From assembly GCA_003223645.1 (NCBI GenBank), contig QHVT01000006.1:340967-404966 (forward strand): 64,000 nt of DNA, in the 5' to 3' direction. The translations under genes were made by a program, and so were the position numbers. The DNA comes from Acidobacteriota bacterium (GTDB taxonomy: Bacteria; Acidobacteriota; Thermoanaerobaculia; Gp7-AA8). The notes under the pieces were generated by a model that worked only from the letters and a program-made list of their open reading frames with translations, was not told where the DNA came from and did no database searches. Of the stretch, positions 46,117-56,265 are shown in pieces (the stretch's first letter is position 1; each line of letters begins with the position of its first letter).

Positions 46117-47112
46117 ATGAAACGAACTCTTCTTGTTTGTGTCTTGTTTGCAGTTTTCTCCTGTCAGCAGCGGGAGACCGCGGCTCCTTCTGCCGCTGCG
46201 CCGGCTCCCGCTGCGAAGCCGTTCAAAGCGGGCCTCCTCACGCCGGGATCGATCAACGACGGCGGATGGAACGCGATCGCATACGAAGGTTTGCAGCGCA
46301 TCAAAAACGAGCTCGGCGCCGAGGTCTCGAATCAGGAGACGAAGACGCCGCCGGAGATGCTCGACGGCTTCCGCTCCTACGGTGCGAAGGGTTTCGACAT
46401 CGCGTTCGGCCACGGCTTCGAGTACCAGGAGCCGGCGAAGCAGGCCGCCGCCGAGTATCCGAACACGATCTTCATCACCAGCTCCGGCAACACGGTGACG
46501 AACAACGTCTCACCGATGCGCTTTCAAATCGAAGAATCGACCTATCTCCTCGGCGTGATCGCCGCGCGCGAGTCGAAGACTGGCAAGGCCGGACTCGTCG
46601 GCGGCATCAATCTCCCGTCGATCGACTCCAGCTTCGTCGCCTTCAAAGCGGGCGCGCAGTCGGTGAATCCGAAATTCGAGGTGAAGACGATCTACACCGG
46701 CAACTTCGACGACGTCGGCGCGGCGAAAGTCGCGACGCTGTCGCTCATCAACGCCGGATGCGATTTCATTTTCCATCAGGCCAACGAAGCGGGGCGCGGC
46801 GTGTTCCAGGCTTGCACCGAGCGCAAAGTGCGCTGCTTCGGATCCAACAAAAACCAGACCGACATGGCGCCCGACTACGTCGTCGCCTCGGCAGTCGTCG
46901 ACGTGCCCGCGGCGTTCGTGGAGATGGCGAAGATCGTGAAGGAAAAGCGATTCAAGCCCGGCGAGCAGCACTTCGGCTTCAACAACAACATCGTGCGGCT
47001 GGAGTGGAACGACAAACTGAAAGCGTCGATCTCGCCGCAGACGATCGCCGAAGTAGATCGGCTGACGAACGAGATCAAAGCCGGGACGCTGAAACCGCCG
47101 GCTGGTTTTTGA
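46117..47112 (+). CDS. BMP family ABC substrate-binding lipoprotein (nucleoside)
   Basis: Lipobox VFSC; INDGGWN..YEGL. Confidence 0.9.
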   Translation: MKRTLLVCVLFAVFSCQQRETAAPSAAAPAPAAKPFKAGLLTPGSINDGGWNAIAYEGLQRIKNELGAEVSNQETKTPPEMLDGFRSYGAKGFDIAFGHGFEYQEPAKQAAAEYPNTIFITSSGNTVTNNVSPMRFQIEESTYLLGVIAARESKTGKAGLVGGINLPSIDSSFVAFKAGAQSVNPKFEVKTIYTGNFDDVGAAKVATLSLINAGCDFIFHQANEAGRGVFQACTERKVRCFGSNKNQTDMAPDYVVASAVVDVPAAFVEMAKIVKEKRFKPGEQHFGFNNNIVRLEWNDKLKASISPQTIAEVDRLTNEIKAGTLKPPAGF

Positions 47113-47184
47113 TGGCAGATGGCTGACGGCAGATGGCGGAAACGCGCCGATCGCCTGCCATCCGCCATCTGCCATCTGCCATCC
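47111..47184. repeat. Inverted heptamer repeats (GATGGCA)n...(TGCCATC)n
   Basis: Directly visible; same unit at 58817. Confidence 0.85.
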
Positions 47185-47186
47185 AC

Positions 47187-48440
47187 ATGATCCACCTCTC
47201 CCACATCACCAAAACATTGGGCGCCACGCGCGCCGTCGATGATGTTTCGCTCGACGTGCGCAACGGAGAGATCGTCGCGCTGGCCGGCGAGAACGGCGCG
47301 GGCAAGACGACGCTGATGCGCATCGCCGCGGGCGAGATCGACGCCGACGGCGGCAGCGTGAATCGCGAAGGACGCGCGGAGCTCGTGCATCAGCACTTCC
47401 TCCTCGTCGACGCGCTGTCGATCGCGGAAAACCTCGCGCTCACCCATCGCGGCTTTCGTTTCACCACGCGGCGGATCATCGAGCGTGAAGCGTCGGCGAT
47501 CATCGAGAGCACAGGCATCGAGTTGCGCGATGGATCGCGACTCGTCGCGGAGCTTTCGGTCGGCGAGCGATCGAAGCTCGAGCTGATCAAAGCGATTGCA
47601 CGCAAGCCTTCGACGCTGATCCTCGATGAGCCGACGTCTGTCCTCACGCCAAACGAGACCACGGAATTGTTTCGCGTCATGCGACGCATCGCAGCCGAAG
47701 GCGCGGCGGTCGTGTTCATCAGCCACAAACTTCCCGAAGTTCTCGAAGTGGCGGACCGGATCGTCGTGATGCGCGGCGGGCGGGTGATTGCGGAGAGCGC
47801 GGCACGCGACACGAACGTGCGGGACCTCGCCAACGCGATGGTCGGCCGCATAACCGAGCAACCGAGCGACCGCGCAACCGCGGGAAGGATCACAGCGATT
47901 GTCGGAGTCGCAGGAAACGGACAAGCCGAGCTCGCGGCGAAGTTGCGCGATGAGGAACGCGACGCCGGGCACATTCCGGAAGATCGCACGCGCGACGGGA
48001 TCGTCGCGGAGATGACGATCGCGGAGAACCTGGCGTTGAAAGCGAAGCGCTGGAACGCGCGCGAAGCGGCGAGGCACGCGGAGCGGATGATCGCGCTATA
48101 TTCGATTCGCGCGAGCGGTCCGCTGCAGCGCGCCGGCGATCTGTCGGGCGGCAATCAACAGAAGGTGATCCTCGCGCGCGAGCTCGATCGCAAGCCGAAG
48201 CGCATCGTCGCCGCGGAGCCGACGCGCGGACTCGACATCGAGGCGACGCGCTTCGTGCACGAGCAGCTTCGCTCCGCGGCAGTCGAAGGCGCGTCCATTC
48301 TCCTCATCACGTCCGACCTCGACGAGGCGTTCGCACTCGCCGACACGATCCAGGTGATCTATCGCGGACGTCTCTCCGATCCGCTCACGCCGTCGGAAGC
48401 CGCGACGCGCGTGGCCTCACTCATGGCGGGAGTCGCGTGA
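47187..48440 (+). CDS. ABC ATPase (two NBDs, shortened), nucleoside/sugar type
   Basis: GENGAGKT, ILDEPT, LSGGNQQK. Confidence 0.92.
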   Translation: MIHLSHITKTLGATRAVDDVSLDVRNGEIVALAGENGAGKTTLMRIAAGEIDADGGSVNREGRAELVHQHFLLVDALSIAENLALTHRGFRFTTRRIIEREASAIIESTGIELRDGSRLVAELSVGERSKLELIKAIARKPSTLILDEPTSVLTPNETTELFRVMRRIAAEGAAVVFISHKLPEVLEVADRIVVMRGGRVIAESAARDTNVRDLANAMVGRITEQPSDRATAGRITAIVGVAGNGQAELAAKLRDEERDAGHIPEDRTRDGIVAEMTIAENLALKAKRWNAREAARHAERMIALYSIRASGPLQRAGDLSGGNQQKVILARELDRKPKRIVAAEPTRGLDIEATRFVHEQLRSAAVEGASILLITSDLDEAFALADTIQVIYRGRLSDPLTPSEAATRVASLMAGVA

Positions 48441-49399
48441 GGCGCTTCGCGGTCGCCGTCATCGCTGCGGCCGCGGCGATCGTGCTCCTCGCCTTCTCCG
48501 GCGCGCTGTTCGGCCACTCGCCGTGGTCGCTGCTCTCGATCGTCGCGAGCGGCTCGGTCGGATCGCGCTTCGCGCTCGCCAGTACGCTGCTGAAGTCCGT
48601 TCCGCTTCTCTTGACGGGACTCAGCGTCGCGATCGCCTTTCGCGCCGGCGTGTGGAACATCGGCGGCGAAGGACAGTTCATCGTCGGCGGACTCGCGGCG
48701 CTCGTCGCCTCACGCTTCGGCATCGTCGCATCGCTCGCGGCGGCGATGCTCGCCGGCGCGGCGTGGGCATCGATCGCATCCGCGATGCGTCTCTGGCGCA
48801 ACGCGCCGGAAGTGCTGACAACGATCCTGCTGAACTTCACCGCGATTCATTTGCTCGGATGGAGCGTGAACGGACCGCTGCGCGAGCACGCGGGGCAATA
48901 TCCGCAAACCGATCTCGCGCACGTCGCGCTGCCGGAAATCGGCGGCGTGCACTTCGGCATCGTCATCGCGCTCGCCGCAAGTGTGTTCGCATGGTGGCTG
49001 CTGTATCGCACCGCGGCAGGACTGCGATTGCGCGCGACGGGACTCAATCCCAACGCCGCGCGATGGGCGGGCATCCGGGTCGGTGCGCAACTCGCACGCG
49101 CGATGGCCATCTCCGGCGCCGCCGCCGGTCTCGCCGGCGGCATCGAGCTCCTCGGCGTCACGCACCGTCTCTTCGAGCGCTTCGCCGCCGGCTACGGCTA
49201 CTCCGGAATCGCCGTCGCGCTGCTCGCGCAGTTGCATCCGCTCGCGACGATCGCGTCGTCGCTCTTCTTCGGCGCGCTCGTCACCGGCGCGGGCGAGCTG
49301 CAACGCGCCGCCGGCATCTCCGCCGGCGTCGCGACATTCGGACAGGCCGTCGTCATTCTCACGCTGATTGTTTTCGAACATGTACGAGCTGATCGCTAA
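48437..49399 (+). CDS. ABC permease
   Basis: WNIGGEGQ, GYGYSGIAVALL. Confidence 0.92.
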   Translation: MRRFAVAVIAAAAAIVLLAFSGALFGHSPWSLLSIVASGSVGSRFALASTLLKSVPLLLTGLSVAIAFRAGVWNIGGEGQFIVGGLAALVASRFGIVASLAAAMLAGAAWASIASAMRLWRNAPEVLTTILLNFTAIHLLGWSVNGPLREHAGQYPQTDLAHVALPEIGGVHFGIVIALAASVFAWWLLYRTAAGLRLRATGLNPNAARWAGIRVGAQLARAMAISGAAAGLAGGIELLGVTHRLFERFAAGYGYSGIAVALLAQLHPLATIASSLFFGALVTGAGELQRAAGISAGVATFGQAVVILTLIVFEHVRADR

Positions 49400-50225
49400 C
49401 TCGATTCCGATCGCGATCGTCGCGTCGATCCCGCTGCTGCTCGCGGTCGAAGGCGAGCTCCTCGTCCAACGCGGCGGCATCATCAACCTCGGCATCGAAG
49501 GAATGATGCTCACCGCCGCGATGACCGCGGCATTCGCGGCGCAGACGACCGGCAGCGTGACGATCGGATTCCTCGGCGGCATCGCCGGCGCGATGGTCAT
49601 CACCGCGATCTTCGGCGTCTTCGCGATCGCGCTGCGCGCCGATCAAATCGTGACCGGCACCGCCATCAATCTCCTCGCCCTCGGCGGCACGAGCTTCGTC
49701 TACCGCGAAGTCGCCGCATTCCAGCGACCGATCCCGCAACTCCACACCGACATCGTCTCCGCGCTGTCATGGATCGTCGCTCCGCTCATCCTCGGCGCGA
49801 TTCTCTGGAACACATCCTTCGGCCTGCGCCTCCGCGCATGCGGCGAAAATCCCGAAGCGCTTGCCGCGACCGGCCGCTCCGTCCGTATGCATCGATGGGC
49901 CGCGCTGATGATCGAAGCACTCCTCGTCGGCATCGGCGGCGCATACCTGTCGCTCGCGCTCTCCAGCGGCTTCGCCGAAAACATGACCGCCGGCCGCGGT
50001 TTCATCGCACTCTCGATCGTGATCTTTGGACGCTGGAAGATAAAAGGCGCCCTCCTCGGCACCGCCATCTTCGGCCTCGCCGCCGCCTTGCAGTACGCGC
50101 TGCAGGCCGCGAACCGCGGCATCCCGTTCCACATCCTGCTCGCCGTCCCGTACGTCGTCACGCTGCTGATTCTGTGCGGGGTGGCGGGGCGGGTGCGTTC
50201 GCCGGAGAGTCTCGGACGTCCCTAG
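49380..50225 (+). CDS. ABC permease
   Basis: NLGIEGMM, GRGFIAL..FGRW. Confidence 0.92.
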   Translation: MYELIANSIPIAIVASIPLLLAVEGELLVQRGGIINLGIEGMMLTAAMTAAFAAQTTGSVTIGFLGGIAGAMVITAIFGVFAIALRADQIVTGTAINLLALGGTSFVYREVAAFQRPIPQLHTDIVSALSWIVAPLILGAILWNTSFGLRLRACGENPEALAATGRSVRMHRWAALMIEALLVGIGGAYLSLALSSGFAENMTAGRGFIALSIVIFGRWKIKGALLGTAIFGLAAALQYALQAANRGIPFHILLAVPYVVTLLILCGVAGRVRSPESLGRP

Positions 50226-50341
50226 CCGCCACGGGCGGCTGCGTGGATTGCTCCGCCTTGCGGCCTGCTTGCCGCCACGTCACGAATGCGGCTTCGAGCG
50301 GCGCAACGCGCCTGAGATCGTCGTTTCTGGCGCGCAAATTC

Positions 50342-51550
50342 CTAACCCGAGCAACGAAATGCAGCGACGTCCGTCCGCGACTGGAACTGTGCTCCGTGCG
50401 CGTTCGAGATCGTCCGCTCCGCGCCGGTCTGCATGTCGCGGATTTGCAGTGACGCTCCGAGCTCCGTCAGGCCGGAGCTGAAGAGCCAGTACGATCCGTT
50501 GGCTGCACATCCATCGAGCACCTTGACGAACAGTTCGGGGTTGCTGCTCGAGAAGAAAGAAAACGCGCCGCCTTCGAAGCTCAGGAGACGCGCCTTCGGC
50601 GTTCCGAATCGAGCGAGCAGCGCCTGCTCTTCGAGCGAGGCGCGTACGCGAAATCTGCCGCCGCGCAAACAGAGCGTGTCGGAGTCCGGTACACAAATTT
50701 CTGCCGGCGGATCGGTTCGCGGATTGACCGTGAACTCCACCTCGCCGTCGAGCGTGCCCGCGTTTTCCACGGCGCGTGCTTTGTACGCGCCGGCGGGCAA
50801 TGCGCCGAGGGGTACGCGCGCGGTGAACGCGGCGGGCGCATCGAAACATTCGGTGGGACGAACGACGGTCGCGGCTCCGGCGGCAAGCTCCGCGGCCGAG
50901 TACGAGGCCCGGCACGCTTCGCCGGAGACGATCATCGTGAGGTTTTCACCTGCTGCAGCAGGCTGCGGCTCAACGCGAACGTCGAACGGCAACGTCGTCG
51001 TGATGGTGCCGGTGACCTGGAACACTCCCGTCGGCTGCGCCGGCGGATAGGGATCGAACGTCACCGAGATCACGCCCGTGCCGCGCGTCTGCGAAAGCAC
51101 TTCGGTGTGAAACGGATGACCGGTCGCGCTGTTGAGATGCTCGCGGGAGCGCGACTGCGCCCGGTTGGTGACGACGTTGCCCGTCGAGATCCAGGAAGCG
51201 TCCGACGTATGCGCGATCAGACCTCCGTTCACGAAGAATTCGCTGGTGTGAGACACGCCCGGATCGGGAGCAAGCACCACCACGAAGTCGCCCGCCTGCG
51301 GATTGAAATTCATGCTGGCCGTTCTCACGTGGAACTTGAACGTGAACATCGACGGAGCGATCCCCTGCAGCGACGTGAAGCCGGTGATGCCGGTCGCGGT
51401 CCCGACGCCATCGATGACGTGAAAAATGCCTTGCGCGTCCACGGCCGACGCCGTGAGAGTCGCGACGAAGCGGATCTGTCCGGCGTGGATGTTCCAGGAC
51501 AGCAGACAAGCGACGACGAGCAACGAAAGACGAACGCGCACACGCGACAT
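50342..51550 (-). CDS. Secreted hypothetical protein with lineage-typical C-terminal domain
   Basis: SD GGAGG; signal peptide; LCLRGGRFRV..FFSSSNPELFVKVLDGC..YWLF. Confidence 0.75.
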   Translation of the reverse strand: MSRVRVRLSLLVVACLLSWNIHAGQIRFVATLTASAVDAQGIFHVIDGVGTATGITGFTSLQGIAPSMFTFKFHVRTASMNFNPQAGDFVVVLAPDPGVSHTSEFFVNGGLIAHTSDASWISTGNVVTNRAQSRSREHLNSATGHPFHTEVLSQTRGTGVISVTFDPYPPAQPTGVFQVTGTITTTLPFDVRVEPQPAAAGENLTMIVSGEACRASYSAAELAAGAATVVRPTECFDAPAAFTARVPLGALPAGAYKARAVENAGTLDGEVEFTVNPRTDPPAEICVPDSDTLCLRGGRFRVRASLEEQALLARFGTPKARLLSFEGGAFSFFSSSNPELFVKVLDGCAANGSYWLFSSGLTELGASLQIRDMQTGAERTISNAHGAQFQSRTDVAAFRCSG

Positions 51551-51608
51551 AAGTAAGAACCTCCCTCTTGCCATATATAGTAAGCAAAACGGAAGCCGGA
51601 GAAAACGC

Positions 51609-53063
51609 TCAGCGTCCCCACGCGCCGACCGTGTTCCACACGTCGCTCACGCGGCGCTGCGCGCCGGTTGCGATCGCGCGCGGCGCGCTCGCGATGGCGG
51701 CGGCGATGAGCGGCGCGGCCTCGCTCGCCTGCGGCTGGAGCGAGTCGCCGTGTTCTTCGAAGAAGCGCGTGCTCACGAGGCCTTCGCGGAAAGCGGGATG
51801 CGTGACGACGCGGCGAAGCCAGGAGACGTTTGTCTTCGTGCCGAGGATCGTGTACTCCCGGAGGGCGCGGGCGATGCGGTCGATGCAGGCGTCGCGGGTT
51901 TCGGCGAAGCAGATGAGTTTTGCGAGCATGGGATCGAAGCGGAGTCCGATCTCGCTGCCGCGGGTGACGCCGGCGTCGACGCGCACGCCGGGGCCGGACG
52001 GCTCGCTGTAGTACGCGATGGTGCCGCTTTGCGGGAGGAAGCGATCGTCGGGGTCTTCGGCGTAGACGCGCACCTCGATCGCGTGTCCGCGCTGTTGCAG
52101 GTCGCTCTGCTTCCACGGCAGCGGTTGGCCGGATGCGACTGCAAGTTGCGCGCGCACGAGATCGACGTCGGTGACGAGCTCCGTGATCGGATGCTCGACC
52201 TGCAGGCGCGTGTTCATTTCGAGGAAGTAGAAGTCGTTGTCCGGCGTGACGATGAATTCGACGGTGCCGGCGTTGCGATAGTCGACGCCTGCGGCTGCCG
52301 CGATCGCGGCCTTCGCCATCCGCTGGCGCAGCTCGTCGCTGTAGCGCGGCGCGGGTGTTTCTTCGACGACCTTCTGATGCCTGCGCTGCAGCGAGCAGTC
52401 GCGCTCGAAGAGATGGACGATGTTGCCGTGCGCGTCGCCGAAGATCTGGAACTCGACGTGGCGCGGCTCTTCGATGTAGCGCTCGAGCAGCAGGCGATCG
52501 TCGCCGAAGGCCTTCATTGCCTCACGCTGCGCGGACTCGATCGCGGCGCGCAGCTCATTTGACGCGCGTACGATCTTCATCCCCTTCCCGCCCCCGCCCG
52601 CCGATGCTTTCACGAGCAGCGGAAATCCGACGCTCTCTCCTTCGCGCAGGAGCGCGTCCATCGACTGCTCGTCTCCGTCGTAGCCCGGCACGACGGGGAC
52701 GCCAAGCTTTTGCATGAGATGACGCGACTGCGCCTTCGATCCCATCGCGGCGATCGACGTCGCCTTCGGTCCGACGAACACGATGCCGGCGTCCTCGCAC
52801 GCGGCGGCGAGCTCCGCGCGCTCGGAGAGAAACCCGTAGCCGGGATGAAGCGCGTCCGCGCCGCACGCACGCGCGGCGTCGATGACGCGGTTCACGTCGA
52901 GATAAGAGTTGCCGAGGGAGACGGCGTCGTCGAAGAAACGCTGCGTGAAGCGGATGTCATCACCTTCGGCGTAGCCGAGAACGGAGGCGATGCCGAGCTC
53001 GCGGCAGGCGCGCGCGATGCGCACGGCGATCTCGCCGCGATTGGGGACGATGAGCTTAATCAT
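51609..53063 (-). CDS. Biotin carboxylase subunit of an acyl-CoA carboxylase (no biotin-carrier domain)
   Basis: NRGEIA, HPGYGFLSE, GGGGKGM, EMNTRLQVEH. Confidence 0.93.
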   Translation of the reverse strand: MIKLIVPNRGEIAVRIARACRELGIASVLGYAEGDDIRFTQRFFDDAVSLGNSYLDVNRVIDAARACGADALHPGYGFLSERAELAAACEDAGIVFVGPKATSIAAMGSKAQSRHLMQKLGVPVVPGYDGDEQSMDALLREGESVGFPLLVKASAGGGGKGMKIVRASNELRAAIESAQREAMKAFGDDRLLLERYIEEPRHVEFQIFGDAHGNIVHLFERDCSLQRRHQKVVEETPAPRYSDELRQRMAKAAIAAAAGVDYRNAGTVEFIVTPDNDFYFLEMNTRLQVEHPITELVTDVDLVRAQLAVASGQPLPWKQSDLQQRGHAIEVRVYAEDPDDRFLPQSGTIAYYSEPSGPGVRVDAGVTRGSEIGLRFDPMLAKLICFAETRDACIDRIARALREYTILGTKTNVSWLRRVVTHPAFREGLVSTRFFEEHGDSLQPQASEAAPLIAAAIASAPRAIATGAQRRVSDVWNTVGAWGR

Positions 53064-53187
53064 GGTTGCTCGGTTACTCGGTCGCGCGGTTGCGCTGCTT
53101 TCGGTTGCGCGGTTGCTCGGTCACGCGGTTGCGCGGCGGGTGGGTGGCAATTTGCCGCGCAACCGAGCGACCGAGTGACCGCGCAAC
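53064..53187. repeat. Inverted octamer repeats
   Basis: (GGTTGCTC/GGTTGCGC)n ... (CAACCGAG)n. Confidence 0.8.
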
Positions 53188-53973
53188 CTAATTCACGATC
53201 CACGACGCCAGCCTCTTTTCGAGAAACGCCTTCATGCCTTCCTGTCCTTCTTCCGACACGCGCCGCTCGGCGATCGCCTCGATCGTGTACGGAATTGCAT
53301 CGACGAGCTCGTGCGATACGACGTGTGCGATCAGCTTCTTGCACTCGCGCACGGCTTCCGGTCCCGCGGTCTTGAGCTGCGTGACCGTTTCGTAGACCGC
53401 AGCGTCGAGCTCTTCGATCGTGTCGACGGTGCGATGCACGAGTCCGATGCGCAGCGCGCGCTCCGCTTCGAAGCGCTCGCCGGTGAGGAAGAGCGCGCGC
53501 GCGTGCGTCTCGCCGATCTTCGCGATCACGTACGGTGAGATCAGCGCGGGGAGGATGCCGAGCTTCACTTCGGAGAGTCCGAACTTCGCGTCGCTCATCG
53601 CGATCGCGATGTCGCAGACCGCGGCGAGTCCGACGCCTCCGCCGATCGCGGCGCCCTGAATACGTCCGACGATCGGCAGCGGACAGGAATTCATCAGCGC
53701 GAACAGCTTCGCGACGTGCGAGGAGTCGCGCACGTTTTCGTCGCGCGTGTACGCGACCATGCGCGACATCCAATTCAGGTCCGCGCCCGCGCAGAACGTT
53801 TTGCCCGCGCCCTTGATCACGATCGCGCGAGCCGCATCGGTGTCGACATGTTCGAACAAGTCGACCGCCTCCGCGATCAGTTCATCGTTGAACGCGTTGT
53901 GCACCTCGGGGCGGTTGAGAGTGACGGTGAGAACTCCGTCGGCAAGCTCGACGAGGAGTGTGTTGTACGCCAT
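53188..53973 (-). CDS. Enoyl-CoA hydratase, methylglutaconyl-CoA hydratase-like
   Basis: FCAGADLNWM, GGGVGL, SEVKLGILP; next to the carboxylase. Confidence 0.88.
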   Translation of the reverse strand: MAYNTLLVELADGVLTVTLNRPEVHNAFNDELIAEAVDLFEHVDTDAARAIVIKGAGKTFCAGADLNWMSRMVAYTRDENVRDSSHVAKLFALMNSCPLPIVGRIQGAAIGGGVGLAAVCDIAIAMSDAKFGLSEVKLGILPALISPYVIAKIGETHARALFLTGERFEAERALRIGLVHRTVDTIEELDAAVYETVTQLKTAGPEAVRECKKLIAHVVSHELVDAIPYTIEAIAERRVSEEGQEGMKAFLEKRLASWIVN

Positions 53974-53999
53974 ACGACGCGGATTGTAGTGGAGCTGCA

Positions 54000-54030
54000 T
54001 GTGGTGACCGCTGCCTCAGCGGTCATCACA
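54000..54030. repeat. Short family A palindrome
   Basis: TGTGGTGACCGCTG-CCT-CAGCGGTCATCACA. Confidence 0.7.
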
Positions 54031-54038
54031 TGAGCAAT

Positions 54039-56261
54039 CTAATGTCGCACGCTGCGAGCGCGCGGCGGAGTTGCCTGTCCGAAGAATGCCTGGAACCAGT
54101 AGTCGGGCTCGACGCCCAGTGTCCCGTTGGGCTCGATCTTCAACGTGATCGTCGTTCCCGGCACTTTGCTTCCGAGCGGAACCGCGCCCGTCGAGTACGG
54201 CGGCACGTCGACGATGGCGAACTGACCGCCGCCCGTGAGCGTTGCGCGCAGAGGCGTGTCGCCGGTGTTGTGGATGTCGACGAGCGTCGTGCTGTTCAAC
54301 GTCAACTGGAACTTGTAGAAGTCGACGTCGCCGGCCGTGCAGAAGCCGCCGTAGATCTTCGCGTTGTCGACGATGTTGCCCCATGCGGTCGCGCTCGTGT
54401 CGTTCGGCTCCTGCACGTCGGCGCACGGACGCGCGCCGCGCGCGGTCGTGACGATCGTCGCGCTCTGCGGTCCCTGTGGAACATTCGTGCCGGTGACGAC
54501 GATGCGATACGCGCCGGGAGCGGCGTTCGCGATCTCGACCATCTCGGTGTTGTCGATGGTGTTCACGCCGCGTGTGGCGACGGCGTCGACGTGATTCTTG
54601 TCGAGGACGTACGGCAAGTACGTGGTGCCGGTCGGTCCGATGATCTTGAGATCGAGATCATTCACCAGCGCCGGTGCAGTCGAGACCTGATTTTCAGGAA
54701 GAAACTTCGGCGGATCGGGCCACTGCAACACGACGCGCAGGTTCTGCGTCGATTGCACGACCACCGGCATCTCGAATTGCTGTTTGTCCGCGAGCGTGAT
54801 CGAGCGGATGCGATTGTGAGCGCCGTGATCGGCGACGATGAGATCGACCGAGTCCTTCGCGTTCACCATGCCGAAGCCGTAGGTGTAATCGGGACCGGGA
54901 TTGCCGAGGTCATTGGTGCCGGCGATGATCAGCGCCTTCAGCTCTTCCGGCTTCGGATTGGTCGCAAACGTGCGGCGCCACTGCTCGGTCACGAGCGCAG
55001 CCACTCCCGTGACCACCGGCGCTGCCATCGAAGTACCAGACAGACTGCCATAGGAATTGGTAGGAAAACTGGAAAAGACGCTGGCACCGCGCGCCACGAC
55101 TTCCGGCTTGATGCGTCCGTCTTTCGCTGGACCGCGCGAGCTGAGGCCGAGGATCTCGACGTTTGTGCTGACGGCACCGACGGTGAGGACGTTCTTGGCG
55201 GAACCGGAAACCGAGATCGTGTCGAACGGCTGCGCCGCGTGATGCTTCGTCGTCTCGCAGCTCGTGCACGGCAACGGGCAGTCGCTGCCGCTGCTGTTCT
55301 TCGAGTAGCAGAAGACCTGATCGGTGATCACGGCGTTGGTTGACGCGTTGCGATGACGATGCTCGTTCCATGTTCCGCCGGGGCCGTCATCCGCTTCGTT
55401 GCCGGATGAATGAACGAAAAGCACTCCCTTGTCGCGCGAGATCTGATCGAGCGGCGCGGAGTATTCATAGTCGTACGCACCGAAGTACTCGGAGTTGTTG
55501 TCCCACACCGGATAGCCGCCGACGGGCGCGCTCCAGCCGATGACGAATCCCCAGGAGTTGTTGTCGGCGACGACGCCGCGCGACGCGAGCTCGTTGGTCT
55601 TCGTCGCGTTGTAGAGCGCCTCGCCGTTCGGTCCGAGCTCCGCCTTGAACTGATAGATCGTCGCGTTCGGCGCCATTCCTTTCGCGGAGGGATTCAAGCC
55701 CGACGCGGCGATCGTGCCGGCGACGTGCGTCGCGTGCGCCTGATCGCCCGTCGCGCCGCCCGTCGTCATCACGTTGAAGCGTCCGCCGAACTCGATGTGC
55801 GACGACTGCCCTGCCGCGAGCTCGAACTGCGAGACGACGACACCCGCGCCCGACAATCCATACGGCGCGGCCTGCAACTCCGTCACGTGTGCGAGCGACG
55901 CGGACACGGCGTTGTGAGTTTTCAACTGGAAGTGACGCGAGCCGCCGATCATCCGCACGCGCTCATCGTTCGCGAGCGCGTTCAAGGACGGCGGCGCGAT
56001 CTTCGCCGTGATCTCGCGCGTCGATCCGAAGTCGGTCGCGAAGATGTCGTCGAGCGCGCCGCCGGCGGCGAGAATCGCCGCGCGCGCGTCGTCGAACGAC
56101 ACATTGTCCTTGAAGTAGACGTTGACGCGCGCGAATGCTTCGGCGCGCGCGGCCGCGCGGTACGCGGAGGGCTGGATCTTGTCCTCAGTGAAGCGGTCGG
56201 CGGCCGGAGCGGCCGCCGCTCCACTGAGGGAGACGACTAACGCGAAAACGAGGACGCGCAT
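54039..56261 (-). CDS. Secreted S8 peptidase (paralog 1)
   Basis: HATHVAGTI, SSRGP, GTSMAAP; ends PPRARSVRH. Confidence 0.92.
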   Translation of the reverse strand: MRVLVFALVVSLSGAAAAPAADRFTEDKIQPSAYRAAARAEAFARVNVYFKDNVSFDDARAAILAAGGALDDIFATDFGSTREITAKIAPPSLNALANDERVRMIGGSRHFQLKTHNAVSASLAHVTELQAAPYGLSGAGVVVSQFELAAGQSSHIEFGGRFNVMTTGGATGDQAHATHVAGTIAASGLNPSAKGMAPNATIYQFKAELGPNGEALYNATKTNELASRGVVADNNSWGFVIGWSAPVGGYPVWDNNSEYFGAYDYEYSAPLDQISRDKGVLFVHSSGNEADDGPGGTWNEHRHRNASTNAVITDQVFCYSKNSSGSDCPLPCTSCETTKHHAAQPFDTISVSGSAKNVLTVGAVSTNVEILGLSSRGPAKDGRIKPEVVARGASVFSSFPTNSYGSLSGTSMAAPVVTGVAALVTEQWRRTFATNPKPEELKALIIAGTNDLGNPGPDYTYGFGMVNAKDSVDLIVADHGAHNRIRSITLADKQQFEMPVVVQSTQNLRVVLQWPDPPKFLPENQVSTAPALVNDLDLKIIGPTGTTYLPYVLDKNHVDAVATRGVNTIDNTEMVEIANAAPGAYRIVVTGTNVPQGPQSATIVTTARGARPCADVQEPNDTSATAWGNIVDNAKIYGGFCTAGDVDFYKFQLTLNSTTLVDIHNTGDTPLRATLTGGGQFAIVDVPPYSTGAVPLGSKVPGTTITLKIEPNGTLGVEPDYWFQAFFGQATPPRARSVRH

Positions 56262-56265
56262 GTCG

